A stretch of DNA of 62,916 nt, the filler included, from Perkinsus chesapeaki ATCC PRA-425 (Eukaryota; Protista; Perkinsozoa), in assembly GCA_013115145.1 (NCBI GenBank). It is 4 parts of 4 records of this genome, joined end to end, with 100 filler letters (N's around TTAATTAATTAA, not from the genome) between each part and the next. Parts side by side here need not be neighbours in the genome. Positions count along the whole stretch, not along the records: positions 24,244 to 44,025 come from JAAPAO010000634.1; 3 more parts are not named here. The stretch is one strand, 5' to 3'. Each line of letters opens with the position of its first letter. The first letter of the stretch is position 1. The notes beneath the pieces are model-generated. The model was given only the letters and a program-made list of their open reading frames with translations. It was not told the origin of the DNA and did not search any database. Made by a program: the position numbers and the translations under genes. Of the stretch, positions 28,450 to 40,719 are shown one piece after another.

Positions 28450-30360
28450 AATTGTTTGGGGCGAAAATGGAGTATGATTGCGAAGATTTCAGGCGTAAAA
28501 AATCATTCGGACTTCTGGTGCCCGACAGATGGTGAAATGATGAAACGCTTTTTCCTGCGAACTGGTGGTAGAATGAAGATCGTCTATGATTTTTCTCCTC
28601 TGTCAGCGCCGAGCTGAAAGCGAAGTCCTTGGGAGGGCACGATGATGACGGAGATGATGCAACTGCTGGAAAGGAACGGTTTATAGGTGCGAAAGGAATC
28701 CTTCGTACTGCACTCTTTAACGGAGTATTTGTTGGCCTCCATGGCTCCTACTTTGAATCGCCAAGTTTAGGCAATCTTTTTTGGCCCCTAATAGCGAGCG
28801 TTGCATCATGCTTTGTCACGCACTTCTTCAGCTTTAAAATTGATGAGCTTGCCGCGTCTTGAGGGAGAGTTATTTTTTGCCGTGGGAAATTGCCACTGAA
28901 ATGATTGTTGGGTCATCCAAGTTGGATTAGACTGGACTTGGTTTCTATGGCTACTTTGAATTGGCAATTTGTTTTATCGGCGGGAGTGTTTGAAATAGGT
29001 TGGTCTATCTCTACTTGAATGAGAATAGGCGGATGATTATGTTTGATATTACCTGTTTCTTATTTCGAGCGTATCGGAGAGTGATGCTTGTCTCCTAATA
29101 TACTCGCACGCAACTCTCCACATAGAAACATTTTGCATCCTCGCTGGTGACATTTGTTCGGTAATAAAGAGTAGTTTTGTCAGCGACGAAAAGTTGCTGA
29201 TCAGATCCGACAAGATTATTCCCTTGCTCACATCTCTCACGTCGTAAAATTTCGGGAAAAGTCGTAAAATTTCGGGAAAAGTCGTAAAATTTCGGGAAAA
29301 GTCGTGAAATTTCTGGAGGGCTCCGAAAATTCTAATTACACATAATGATCATTTTTCAGGGAAATTGATAAGACCGGACTCGCTTCATCACTCCAAATCG
29401 GCTGCTCCCAAAGACAGCAGCGATGACTCCCGCTCGCCTCCATCCCCGCCAATATCAGCTCCGCATCTGACACCTGCGCTGAGACAAAATACGGCCCCTG
29501 TCGGAGCGTCCAGCACCACGGTGACAGGCGCGGCGCTGACGTCACTTTAATTTCACGGCTGAAGACGGCAATGACTTGTCGGAGCTCAGCCGTGTGAGTT
29601 CTGCCGGATGTAGTTGTACCTGTTACGATTCAGTGTAAATTACTCTTCACCAATTTACCTTTAAGAAACGCAATGTTTGGAATTTTCCTGATATAAAGTG
29701 GTTCGTGTTGCAGTCAGCCTGGAAGGATTATATTCGGGATCGTTCCCGTTTTGGAAAAGAACTTGTAAAAATTTCCGACCTTCCCGCACGAGAAATTTGG
29801 TTCTCGACTGCATTTGATGTTCATCATCACTCCCTTATTTATTTCGTCGCTTGACACTTACTCACTCTCGAAACCATAGTCGCCTGAAGCCTGCGGAGTT
29901 TCAGTGTCTGACCAGTTAGAAGGATAGGTCGCCAATTTGAAGCGTCGCAATCTCGGACTGGAGGAAAGACGCTCACGGAAAAGGGGAGCAAGAATTTTTC
30001 TTGGAAAATAAAGTTGTAATTTTTTCGAGATTGAATTCGTTTTCGTGTGACGGAAATGTGACTCACCTTCTTTCGTACAGTCTACGATAGATCCCGGGTT
30101 CGAATCCCGGGAGGGGCAACAGGGAGTGTGGCTTATGGATTTTTAGCAAAGCTCCTAATCTTCGCCGGTCCCTGGAATCTGGTGAAGGGAACGGGCGTCC
30201 CACTCGCACTGAGTTCATTCTATAAATCGTTTATCTCCCGAATTCATCTATCTGCCAATCAGTTGCTGTGATATCAGTTGAGCTGCTTCCACAACTTTTG
30301 ATGAGTTCTGCCCCCACGTCAGATCCCTCGCGAAGCACCGCCGAGGTGAGCCACTTTTCG
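28450..30360 (-). CDS. Probable multi-exon gene of unknown function
   Basis: Several open segments bounded by AG..GTGAGT sites, e.g. PRLRRFKLATYPSNWSDTETPQASGDYGFE; no recognisable domain. Confidence 0.3.
29241..29314. repeat. 20-bp tandem repeat GTCGTAAAATTTCGGGAAAA x3 plus a degenerate partial copy
   Basis: Three perfect copies 29241-29300, then GTCGTGAAATTTCT. Confidence 0.95.
30092..30118 (+). pseudogene. Isolated tRNA 3' part (T-arm plus acceptor strand, His-like by recollection)
   Basis: CCGGG-TTCGAAT-CCCGG then GAGGGGC-A; no D-arm, anticodon arm or GCCCCTC 5' strand upstream. Confidence 0.45.
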
Positions 30361-30920
30361 CCAACAACAATTTAGTTTGTTAGCATTTCTGAATCAAACC
30401 ATTGAACTTCCTTACGGAATACCCATCGCTTATACACTTTTATACAAATTTCAGAGATTCTGTAAAGTTCCCTCTCTTCCGTTTGTGGTCGCGTGAGTAC
30501 GCTGGCGGGAAAGATTCGTCGACGTCAAATTCAAAATCGGCGTCCTTTTATAGAATGCCTTATATATCTCCTCACCGAATTCTCATTTCATTCATGTGGC
30601 GATGCGGTGGGGAAGTTAAAGAGGCTGTTTCGTAATTCCAACCAGAACGAGGTGAGGTTGACGTATTATCAAACAGTCCCAACTTTATCCTTACTAGAAA
30701 CACGCTGTATCTTCGCGCTAAGAAATTTTTCTGAAACTTGAGGTACGTAAAATCTACTGGTATTTCTGAACCCGGGAGGTTCCAGGAATTTCTTTAATTT
30801 CTCCATTTGGTCTAGGAGCATGATTTTCTCTCCTCTCCATTAGGGGCACATTTCCGTTCACATATTAGAGATGTGTCTTTGCCCCTAAGTGCTGCTGCTG
30901 TGATGCTCCTCCTCCTACAG

Positions 30921-32669
30921 ATACTCAACACGATAGTTGTGGATCTGCTGGAACCAGCGGGCCATCACAAGCTGCAGGGGAACAACATGGTGCGAGACGG
31001 GCGGTATGAAGAGGCGAAACATGAATATGAAAAAGGCAAGTTAAATCGTTATTTAATGTGCCATTGTTGCTTGGGAAGAATGAAAGAAATCTTTGAGGAA
31101 TTTATCATCAATTGAGGGCTCGATTCTCGTTATGCACTTCCATCGATAAATTTCTGAAAATTCTCATATAGTAATAACGAGTCGACGTGCGGCAAACTGC
31201 TAGAATACGTTCGAGGGTTTCGGGTTTCGGACGGCATGTTCCTCAGGCCTCTCGCAAGTCTGCGAATGTGCTCTGGCATTGAATCGAGTGATGGAAGCAT
31301 CTGGACCTGTAATGGATTTGCCGTCTGGTGTTGAATCGCGAGATAGGAACAGAATGAAGGTGTGACTATGGTACCACGCTTTCTCACCAGGCTTATCGTC
31401 AAGCGCCGAACGCCACATACGTATCTTGTTGAAAATTTCTCCACTGTGTTGAACACGGTGCTGGAATTCTCGCGTCGTCACATTGTTTCTCGAACTCCAG
31501 TGTTTGGAGGACTCGATCTCTAGCATCACTAAGCAGCATACACCCTTGGAGATGCATGAAAGTCTACCGCAATTTTTTTAGACTTTCATCAGCAATTCTC
31601 CTGTCGTCAACATTGGTAGGCGGCCATACGGATATATCCCACGACCGACTCCTTCGCTCCAGCTCGGCTGATGCTCGCTGGATCGCCGTGTGAGACTTGT
31701 GTACGACTGTCCCGTTGTGTTATGTCCCCATAACTATGGTATTATCGATCAAATAAGATTCCATTAAATATAGTTGAATATAGATTACTATATCCCAATA
31801 ACTTGGACTAGAGTTATTCACAGCTGGAATATCTGCACTTGAAGGCTTTAAAGCGATCTTACCAAAACTTTGTTTCCAACGTATGTAGCCGATGATCGGC
31901 TGCCGATCTGACGCATATATCCCAAGATGGATGGATCCGCCCTGGTCTGCTTCTGAACGTTATGTGCCTCAGTCGATACAGCAAGAGCTGGACGCGCTTC
32001 GTCTGGCGCTAGTCGGCAATCTGTCCTTGGTCCACCTCAGACTGGGCGATTGGAATGCAGCGATCGCTCATGCAGACATTGTTTTAGCGTAAGCCGCTCG
32101 CAACATTACACAATTACTAATTGCCCATACGAAGCAAGTTGAAACGTGCGAAACGAGGGAGTTGAGAGAAATGAAGACACAATGACACAATTTGCCATTG
32201 GGTCAACAGCGCACAATGCCAGAACACCCAATAGGCGCGTGAAACGACGGCGAGGTCGGTTCTCGTTTACGTGGCAGCTAGATTTGATTTCCGCGGTGAA
32301 ATACCATCGGATTCAAAATTCCTGTCAAAATACCATTAATGAAATTACTTTCTTAATGGAAATGAGTTAGCTCTTGCACCACGTCGGCGATCGGGCAAGC
32401 TCTGGACCTGAGGGTTGTGATGGAGTTTCGCTCGTCTACTTTCCCCAGAGTGCTCCTGAGCCTTTTTCATCAGTTCACGGCCCACACACTGCAAAGCGTT
32501 GTACAGACGAGCGCTGGCAAGGTTCGAGTTAGGTAAGTTGAACTAAGGGAGCTCCCGTTACAGATTTGATGGCAGATGATACGGAATCTCACGAGCTGGG
32601 ATATCGGGACCTGAAGCGAGTATTGCAGTTGGATCCCAGCAATAAAGAAGCAGCTCGAAGACTTGCCGA
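30921..32669 (+). CDS. Three-TPR protein (FKBP/Cyp40-type TPR), multi-exon, ends uncertain
   Basis: HKLQGNNMVRDGRYEEAKHEYEK; LALVGNLSLVHLRLGDWNAAIAHAD; KALYRRALAR; DLKRVLQLDPSNKEAARRL in successive exons. Confidence 0.8.
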
Positions 32670-34258
32670 GTAGGTGACGGCAACAAAATTTAGGGTTCGT
32701 TGATTAACTAACTCGGCTATGAGTTGTGCAAGCATTCTCTTTATCCTGTAGTCTGTCGTCGAGTATGTTTTCATTGCTTTGTTACTCGGAATTCGGGGTG
32801 AGATCGGTACGTTAAGATTCATCATGACTCATTCATGTCTCATCGATGGCTACCTCGCCGTTCTTGGCGAAACTGCTCTAGTACCCACGAACCCGCATGA
32901 GTACGTAAGTTAAGTATTTATTTGCTGTCTTAGGTACCAAGGCGTCAAGCGTTCTACCACATGTAGCCACCAATGAGATTTTAACTCCGAACACTGCTGG
33001 TTCAGATGATGCTGCATCTTCATCGAGAAGTGGTTTAGACGCTGCGATGCAGGGAGTTCTGGTGGACGCTAGCGGTATTTTGGTTCGAGTCGTTACTTTC
33101 GCAGTTCGAATGCCTTATTTCTGTAGATAAACTGCCGGAAAGGTCGTCGTATATGCGATGTTGTAGCTCGTCTTCGGAATCTAACCTGTCGATATTTGTG
33201 AGCTCATCTTACCTAAGTCCTGTTAAATCATTTCAGGAGTGGGCGTCCTCGTGTTTCGGGGCACGCAACCATACTGCACACAAACGTCGAATTTAGCTCT
33301 GAGCATGCCTCCCATCTTCACTGCAAACATTCGTTTCGAGTTCATACCAAACCTTTTGCGTTTTTAGTCAGACTCACTGTCGCATCGGCGCGTGCAGGCG
33401 AGCGTGAAATATGGTGTCCTTTGGTGGGCATTTCTAAACATAAGTGTCAAGAACACCAATTTGACCCACTGCAGTCCCATCTAGAATCTAGTCCTCGATG
33501 ATTGGTTCGCAACAGTTTCATCGTCATCATCATGGCCGTGTAATAATACTACCTCAGGCTCACCGGCGCCGGCTGGTGCGCTATGTATCTGATGACTATA
33601 TTTGTACTCATAGTTATATACTCAATCACTGATGAAGGTGTTGAGTTATCTTGCTACAGCACGGTTGAAGTAGTATAGAATTGTCGCAGAGACTGCGATA
33701 TAGATCACAATGGCGAGCGCAATAATGTTGGCTAAGTAGAGAATGGAGACAGGAGGATCGAATTTATAGTCCTTTAAGTTTATAATTTCATCGGTAATTA
33801 CTGATATCAGTGTTGTTGTACTGTATTTATGGCAACGCTTGTCCGTCTAACTGATCTGAGTTAAAATGGGTAAAAAGACGGCACAGAATGCCTTGTGTGT
33901 TGTCTCTTAATGTGTCATTGTTGTGTGAGCTCTTACCGCATCTCTTAGCTTTGACGTTATAGTTACTACTTTACATACGTGTGAATTATAAAAACTACTT
34001 TCCTCTACAACCACTCACTGTCTTCTTGCTCGCCCGCCGTTTGGCATCTTGCGCTCTTGTGGAATCTTGAACATTTCTCAACCAGACTGGAATCTTGAAA
34101 ATCCTAACGCTCACGGAGCATGTCGTAATGGAGTCTCCATTGTGTAGGTTCGTTGAGTATCAGAATCAGCTCTAGACAGTACTACTTAATACGTACTTCT
34201 GACCCTTCTTGTGGTTCGAGGCTCGTCTTTCAGTTTACTATCATAATTTATTATTATC

Positions 34259-36170
34259 ATGACTCAGCCACAAGAGTCCACATCGGCCGCCACAACACGT
34301 GCCACATCTGTCGAGGACCAAACAGGAAACAATAACCACACCACAGGAAAACGCTTAAAAAATAAGATCGTATCCTTGATCAACGGCACCGATTATCTCG
34401 TCGAATTTCCTCTGTGGCTCTACGTGGTCGGTAACTGCTTCCAATTCCCCTCCCTAATTTTTCCCGTCTCTTCAGGCGCTGATGATGTCCATAGCGATCA
34501 TCGGCGCGGCAGGCGTAAACGCTCTTTTTGCATACATCACGTACCCACCGGAAACCGCCGCAGTGACTGGTGAGGATTCGCAGAGATCGGTCGACGCGAT
34601 GATGCTTTCTTCAGACGTCTGGGTTTGGCCCAATTCCATTTGCTTTGACCTTGTTATTACGGCTGGGTTGTCGTTCCGAATAACATGGTTGCTCTCGCCT
34701 ACCATGGCGATGAGAGACATAATTGTGCGGTAGTAACTCGGGATTGGAGGAGATAAGACTGCGGGTCCGGACTTACAAATTTTGTTTCAACTGTTCCATT
34801 ATTCTGTTCAACATATTTCTTTCAATTTCGTTTCACAAATTGTCATCCTCGTTTCATTCCCGCTTGATTCTACATCAGCAGGAAGTACTATAACCACTGC
34901 TGTTTTGACCCAAATCTTTGAGGTTGAAAATCTTACACTGTAATTTATGTGCTTAATAATGCATTGAAACTTGTTAGGAGTATAAGGAAGAATCGGTATG
35001 AGCTCGAATGGGGCTCAACAGGCTTAGTGCCTCTCATCCTCATTTTAACGGTTCCTGTTTCAATGCCATCTTCATCGATCGATTACTGTGTAGATGTATT
35101 GCCAATTCCTTTATCTTTGGAAGCAATGAAAAGGACTAGAGTTTTTAGAAAGAGAATTTGAGACTTCGTTTGGGAGTTAGGTTTCATTCTTTACAAAGCG
35201 TTTTAGTGACTTGTTAGGCTCTGGATGACTATCTTAAGTTTGATATTGTAATTTAGATCACCGCTTGCGATCGACCCCACAACATTTCCGAGGGTGACGA
35301 GGAAGTTACCATGTGCCAAATGGTTGGCACATAACCCAGTGTTCTGTACAGATCCTCAGAATCCTATTTCGAAAGGTAGTTACTGGAAAGAGGAAATGAA
35401 GTTGGGTTCCTTCCAGACTTCCAGCGACAATCACAACATCTCAGTCGAGCTCCTGAATATCAAATCTCAGAAATTTCCGTTTTAACGCGACGGGATGCAG
35501 ATGGAAAATACACTGTTATGGTGACATTCAAAAATTTGCCGGGAACTCTTTTACTGGTCAACAGATGCAGTCGACCTGATGTAAATATTTCGACATTAAT
35601 CGTGAAAATCTCAAAGTCACCCGAGCATATTCTTGTAGGCAGTTCTCTGCGATGTGAGTCCGGAATTGCGGGTGCAGTCGGAAGTAGACCAGAAACAGCT
35701 TCGTATGCCTAACTACGAGGCTCGTACCACTATCCGTCGATGAGGAGCTACTTCGTAACTGTTTTCGGAGGGTTTACGACGACACAGATTTCCGTCTAGA
35801 GTTACTTATCCTTTTGTGCAAAATCTCATGCGGTCTCGTGCGGCGGTTTGATCTACATCGTATTGGTTCCGTATGTTTCAGTCGAAGCCGGTTGGCGACA
35901 GTTACGGATGGCGGTCCTCGGTGGAGTTCTGCTTGCCATAGTAATACCAGAATTTTCGCGCCTCATCGAAATCGCTGTCGCACAGTTTCTGGCGATTCCT
36001 ATTTCCCTTTTGATGATGATCCCCCCAACCCCATGGACCACAGGAAGACTAGTGAGTCTCTGTAATTTCGTGGCGCGTGAAATAATTGTTTTCAGATTAT
36101 TCTAAAAGGAGTCTTCGGGGGAGTCGGCGAAGCAATAAGTGTTGTTATCGCCTTTGCTGTATTGATTATC
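34259..36170 (+). CDS. Multi-pass membrane protein of unknown family, multi-exon
   Basis: Hydrophobic exons ALMMSIAIIGAAGVNALFAYITY, ICFDLVITAGLSFRITWLL, LIYIVLVPYV, MAVLGGVLLAIVIP, GVFGGVGEAISVVIAFAVLII with GT-AG boundaries. Confidence 0.45.
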
Positions 36171-36604
36171 CAATTTTCGCCGCGCGTGAGGCGTGATTCA
36201 GTCCAGCCGATCGTCTCGACCGTTTGACCAGCAGTTCTGGTTTTAAGTAACATTGAAATAATATTACTTTTATAACGTTTGATTTTAACTTCCTACCAAT
36301 ACGGCAAGTTCGCGCAGTAGCGTCGAAACCGCCGACTCGTTGCCAATGCCATCGCCAGCTGGCGCTCGGAGCGCCAGGGAGTCGGTTGGGTCATGCTCAT
36401 TGCTATCTCCCTGAGGCCCCTTCCGAGGAGGCTCTCGCTGACTGCGAAGGGCTGATGGCGACACTTTTGTAGCAAACGACTACTAAACGTCACAGTACTG
36501 GCATTATTGATTACTTTAACTGCTGGCCAAGTACCCGTCATATTTCAGTACTCAACCAGTTGTGTGTTGTCAATTATTCAGAACGATTCATAAGCTTATT
36601 TAAT

Positions 36605-37261
36605 ATGAACATCTTTGTATTTATCATCGTAACGGTTGTCCGAGGAGTTCACATCAAAGTTGACGTAAGTGCCCAGCGAAGGCCGAGCAGCAGCTTTCTC
36701 GCAGCGCCACGAACCGGGACTCATATATGCTCAAGAAAATTTGCTATTCGAGGATCGAAATGCTTTTTCGATTCGGGAATATAATACAATCTACAATAGG
36801 AGCTCTACCTTTGATCGCATAGCCAGACTATGAGAACGTCGAAAGCATTCTGGGGATGCTTGATGTTCTCAGATGGCTCTGCTACTAATTGGCCGTGGCG
36901 CCATAAGTCATCGAGGATAGTGTGACGTTGGAACTAGCCAGACTCGATGGGAGTATTGTGCTTGAAAGTGCGGAATATTATACGGGTCGCACTGCTGGGT
37001 GATCCGGGTTCCCGGTTTTTGGAAACCCGAAAACCTTTCGCTTTCTTGGGTTCTTCATTCTATGGAGTCCATTACCTTAAGGAATTTATCTTGCACTGGC
37101 AGGTGCATGAGCGATTTTCGCCGGTGGTCGGAAAGTCGGCCTCTTTCCTGCGAGAGGGACTAAGAACCTACAAAGACCAGTGGAAGGCGGTGATGGATTC
37201 TGCACAAGATGACGAAGAACCAGCCGTGAAGGATGGGGAAAATGGTGACGAAGTTGAGTGA
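36605..37261 (+). CDS. Hypothetical protein with signal-peptide-like N-terminus, multi-exon
   Basis: MNIFVFIIVTVVRGVHIK; acidic C-terminal exon VHERFSPVVGKSASFLREGL..DGENGDEVE*; linkage of exons is inferred. Confidence 0.3.
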
Positions 37262-39069
37262 ACATGATTTTGTTGTAGACGTTCTGTTAAAGCAGAAGTC
37301 TATCCTGTGCTTGTTGAGTTGACCAGTGCGGTCGTGATAGAAGTGATGAACCTAGTGCTTACGAGCAAGTAGCATGATCAAAGTCTCGACTCGACCCTAG
37401 AAAGTGCCTTCGCGAGCTGGTCCTCAATAAACAAGCAACATGGGTGAACCATCTGGTTCCAGCGGATCTAGGCGAGTCAGACAGACACCGCTGAACATAT
37501 CAATATAACACTGGCACAAGATAGAGAATGATATATAAAGGTATACATTAAACCAGCATCTACAGTCGACACCCGATCGCTGGTAATAGAAAGTCTCGTT
37601 AGATGCCAGGGTCAATAGGCGGGTAGGTGATTCGAGAGTGGGCGCGCGCGCCCACTGGGTACTTGAGGCACCTACTTAGCTGGTGTCTTCCCAAGTCAAG
37701 TGTTGAATTCGCGTGTCATGTTTGATAATTTTCAAGTGGGTTGGGTGACGGGACGCTCATTTGTTGGTTTATAGTCCAATGGCAGTTTATATACTTAAAG
37801 TTACGGAGCGCATCCCGTGACCGTGGCTCGGTGGGACATCTGCTGAGCCACTGGTCCTCACCCCTACACCCAACCGACTGATTCGATAGTGATTCATAAG
37901 GTTGCGGAAGGATTCCCATCAGGAACCTCGCTCGCCCAGGGGCGTATTCGCGCAAAATACACAATGCACAACTAAGCAGGCACAGACTCTCCGAGCTGCA
38001 CTACGCTTATTTACTCTACACACAACAAGTTGTGCTCCGCACTAAAACTTGAGCTATGATGGCAACACTATTGTATATGGTCCAGCAACAATTATTTTGT
38101 CGTTTCAAATACAAATGCACAATCTAGCTAGCACAGAATTGTGTGACGGATGTACCCTAATTCGTCCAGTGCCAACTGGTCCGTCAGGTGAACTCGTACA
38201 CCATAGACTCTTCCACTATCCAAAAACCGCCGGGCGACTATGTCCAACTGAGACGGTGCCGGCCATTCCACTGCAGTTTATCGCGAGGAGAAAGAGCCGC
38301 GCGCGAAATTAGTGCTAATTTTGCGAGATTGGAGAACTCGAGTAATCTGCATATCCTGGCCAACACGTATCGGATAGGGCCTTTAGAAGTCACTGTCCAA
38401 CATGAAGAGATTAAATGATTGGATGAAACAGACAGACAGGATGCACATTGACCAGAGAGGGCACAGAACCGCCGTTCCGGGAAGTCCGATGGGGGACAAC
38501 CGCCGACACTAAAACCCAATACTGTGCGCCCAGCGCAGGACCGAACTTAACACCAAAATACTGGGGAAATCATGCCAGTAGCTACATCGTGCAACTCTCA
38601 TCGAGTTTTCGTACCAAAAAGAGCCAGTGTCGCATGAGCAGTGTCAATCATAGAATTGGAAGTTTGCCAGGCGAATGATAGTAGCTTATCGACCCTGCGA
38701 TAGATTCGCATTGATGCGGCTCTTTCAGCGCCACGTTACTCGATCTAAGTGGCGCAGTGGTTATGCAGCGCGACATTTGCCAAGTGGCGAGTTTCATGTT
38801 CTGATGTGCTACATTATGGAATGCACTCGACATAGCGAGCAAGTAAGATGCACACTTGAGGAGCATCGACTTGGGATGAGAAACGGAACAACTTCTGCGA
38901 CTCCTAAACTACAGGACACTTCCCTCAGTTGACAATTCTGGTGGAGCGTGCACAGAAATGCTAAAAAGCTAAGCTTAAAGTTTCCATTATAACGGTCCCC
39001 CATTTTAACTGATTTGGTCGCCAAGGGCTCACTATCAGGTATTCATCTCAGTCTTATCTTTTAACAATA

Positions 39070-40719
39070 ATGATATCTATCCTGCTGATCCTTACCACTT
39101 TAATATGCTATAGTCTGGCTTTCAAAGCTGGCAACATGCGCATGCATATCACAACCGAGACGATTTGTAACAAGGATGTCGTTGACATTCACGGTAACCC
39201 TGCTCCCTGTGGGAAGTCGATGGCAATGGAGACCTACGGCCTCACCCTACCCGGTATGGAGGATGGCTCTATCACCACCAGGGAGGATATGATTGTTGCC
39301 AAAGACGGTCAAGTTACTGTCAAGGCAATGCCGAGTCGTCCTTACCAGTTTATTATGACTGTTGAAGGTTCTGAGACCAAACGACTTGTACAGTTCTTCA
39401 AGAACCAGGCTGTCACTATATCCGAGAGCCAGCAAGAGCCCGAGTCTGTTCGCCTCCTCGGCGCTGCCAAAGCGCCCGGTAGCTTGGCAGAGGATGGGTG
39501 GACCCACGAGGGAACTACCACTCTAGATGGCGCCACTGTCCACAAGTACACTAAAAGAGGACCACAAGGAGTTGATCCTAAAACTAAGGCCAACTACACT
39601 GCCCTCTACCAGACTGGTATGTATCCTGATCATTGGACCTTCTATACCGACTCTAATGATGATAAGCCCGTGAAACTGATCGGTATGAACAGTTTCAACG
39701 TCAAAACTCTCCAGGAGACTGACTACGCCAACCACGAAGAGCTTGACGAGAACATGGACGTCGCCCAGGCCGAGAAGGAGATGCATTCCACTTATCAGAT
39801 CACAAGCAGTCGTCGTTTGGGTGAAGGTGATGCCGACGCTCCCCCGGTGAACACGGACTTTCTTACAGCTACTTTCATCGCCGAGGACGAGAGGAATTAC
39901 TTCGAGGATGCCCAAGACCTCGATTGGATGAAGGCTGGAAGGTTGCGCGCTGGTGCCAGTAAAGCCGCAGCTGGTGTGATGTATTTCGATATTACCAAGG
40001 GCTCTGCAGCTGATACCTTCTTCCATCACGAGTTCAACAGACGTATGGTCGAGGTTGTCAGGTTCGAGTTTCCCAAAAAATGTATCGACAATCAAGGCAA
40101 GCAGGCTCAGAAGTACTGTTTATTCATATCTACTGATGTTACTACAGAGAAGCTGACCATCACAGCCGGCATGACCTTCGTTGCCGTCAACAACGACAAA
40201 GCAAGTGCCCATTTGACCTTTTCCGCGGAGATCCAGAAGTCTAAGGGTGCCCCAATTCTCAACTTAAGCGTCGAGGCTGGTGGTTGCGCAACCGTTTGGC
40301 AATATGGCGGTACGGTCAGTCTCAGCATTGTTGTATGCATCTCTGGAAAGGCCTCTGGAAAGGATCTCTTGCAACCCGATAGATCATTTGCCGCGGAGAT
40401 CGAGATCAAGGCCACCTTCAATGTCCACGTGCCCTACGCGGGTAATATCATTGACTGGGCAGTCACATCCCAAGTCCGTTGCACCGCGGCAGCTAATAAT
40501 GACATCACTGCGTATGGTTCCATCGGGACAAGTGTTAGTGCCAAGGTCGCCGGTGCTGATGTATCTCTTGATATCAAAGGTAACACTATGGATCACCTCT
40601 CCAACAAGTGGCAGTTCTTCTCGGGTGTCAACCTGAACGCCTGGGTGAACGTTTGGGTCTATAAGCATAACTGGCATTGGAGATGGGAAATATGGCATGC
40701 CAGCCCAGTGACTTTTTAG
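39070..40719 (+). CDS. 549-aa intronless secreted protein of unknown function
   Basis: Long ATG-started ORF, signal peptide MISILLILTTLICYSLA, C-ending codon bias like PGK, beta-rich Trp-rich C-terminus. Confidence 0.85.
   Translation: MISILLILTTLICYSLAFKAGNMRMHITTETICNKDVVDIHGNPAPCGKSMAMETYGLTLPGMEDGSITTREDMIVAKDGQVTVKAMPSRPYQFIMTVEGSETKRLVQFFKNQAVTISESQQEPESVRLLGAAKAPGSLAEDGWTHEGTTTLDGATVHKYTKRGPQGVDPKTKANYTALYQTGMYPDHWTFYTDSNDDKPVKLIGMNSFNVKTLQETDYANHEELDENMDVAQAEKEMHSTYQITSSRRLGEGDADAPPVNTDFLTATFIAEDERNYFEDAQDLDWMKAGRLRAGASKAAAGVMYFDITKGSAADTFFHHEFNRRMVEVVRFEFPKKCIDNQGKQAQKYCLFISTDVTTEKLTITAGMTFVAVNNDKASAHLTFSAEIQKSKGAPILNLSVEAGGCATVWQYGGTVSLSIVVCISGKASGKDLLQPDRSFAAEIEIKATFNVHVPYAGNIIDWAVTSQVRCTAAANNDITAYGSIGTSVSAKVAGADVSLDIKGNTMDHLSNKWQFFSGVNLNAWVNVWVYKHNWHWRWEIWHASPVTF

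Noticed and set aside
28629-28862. Plus-strand ORF with hydrophobic stretches
   Set aside because: No ATG, and the minus strand has open segments with splice sites; probably an antisense shadow.
31615-31740. GGCGGCCATAC resembling a 5S rRNA start
   Set aside because: The following sequence lacks 5S internal control boxes and terminal pairing.
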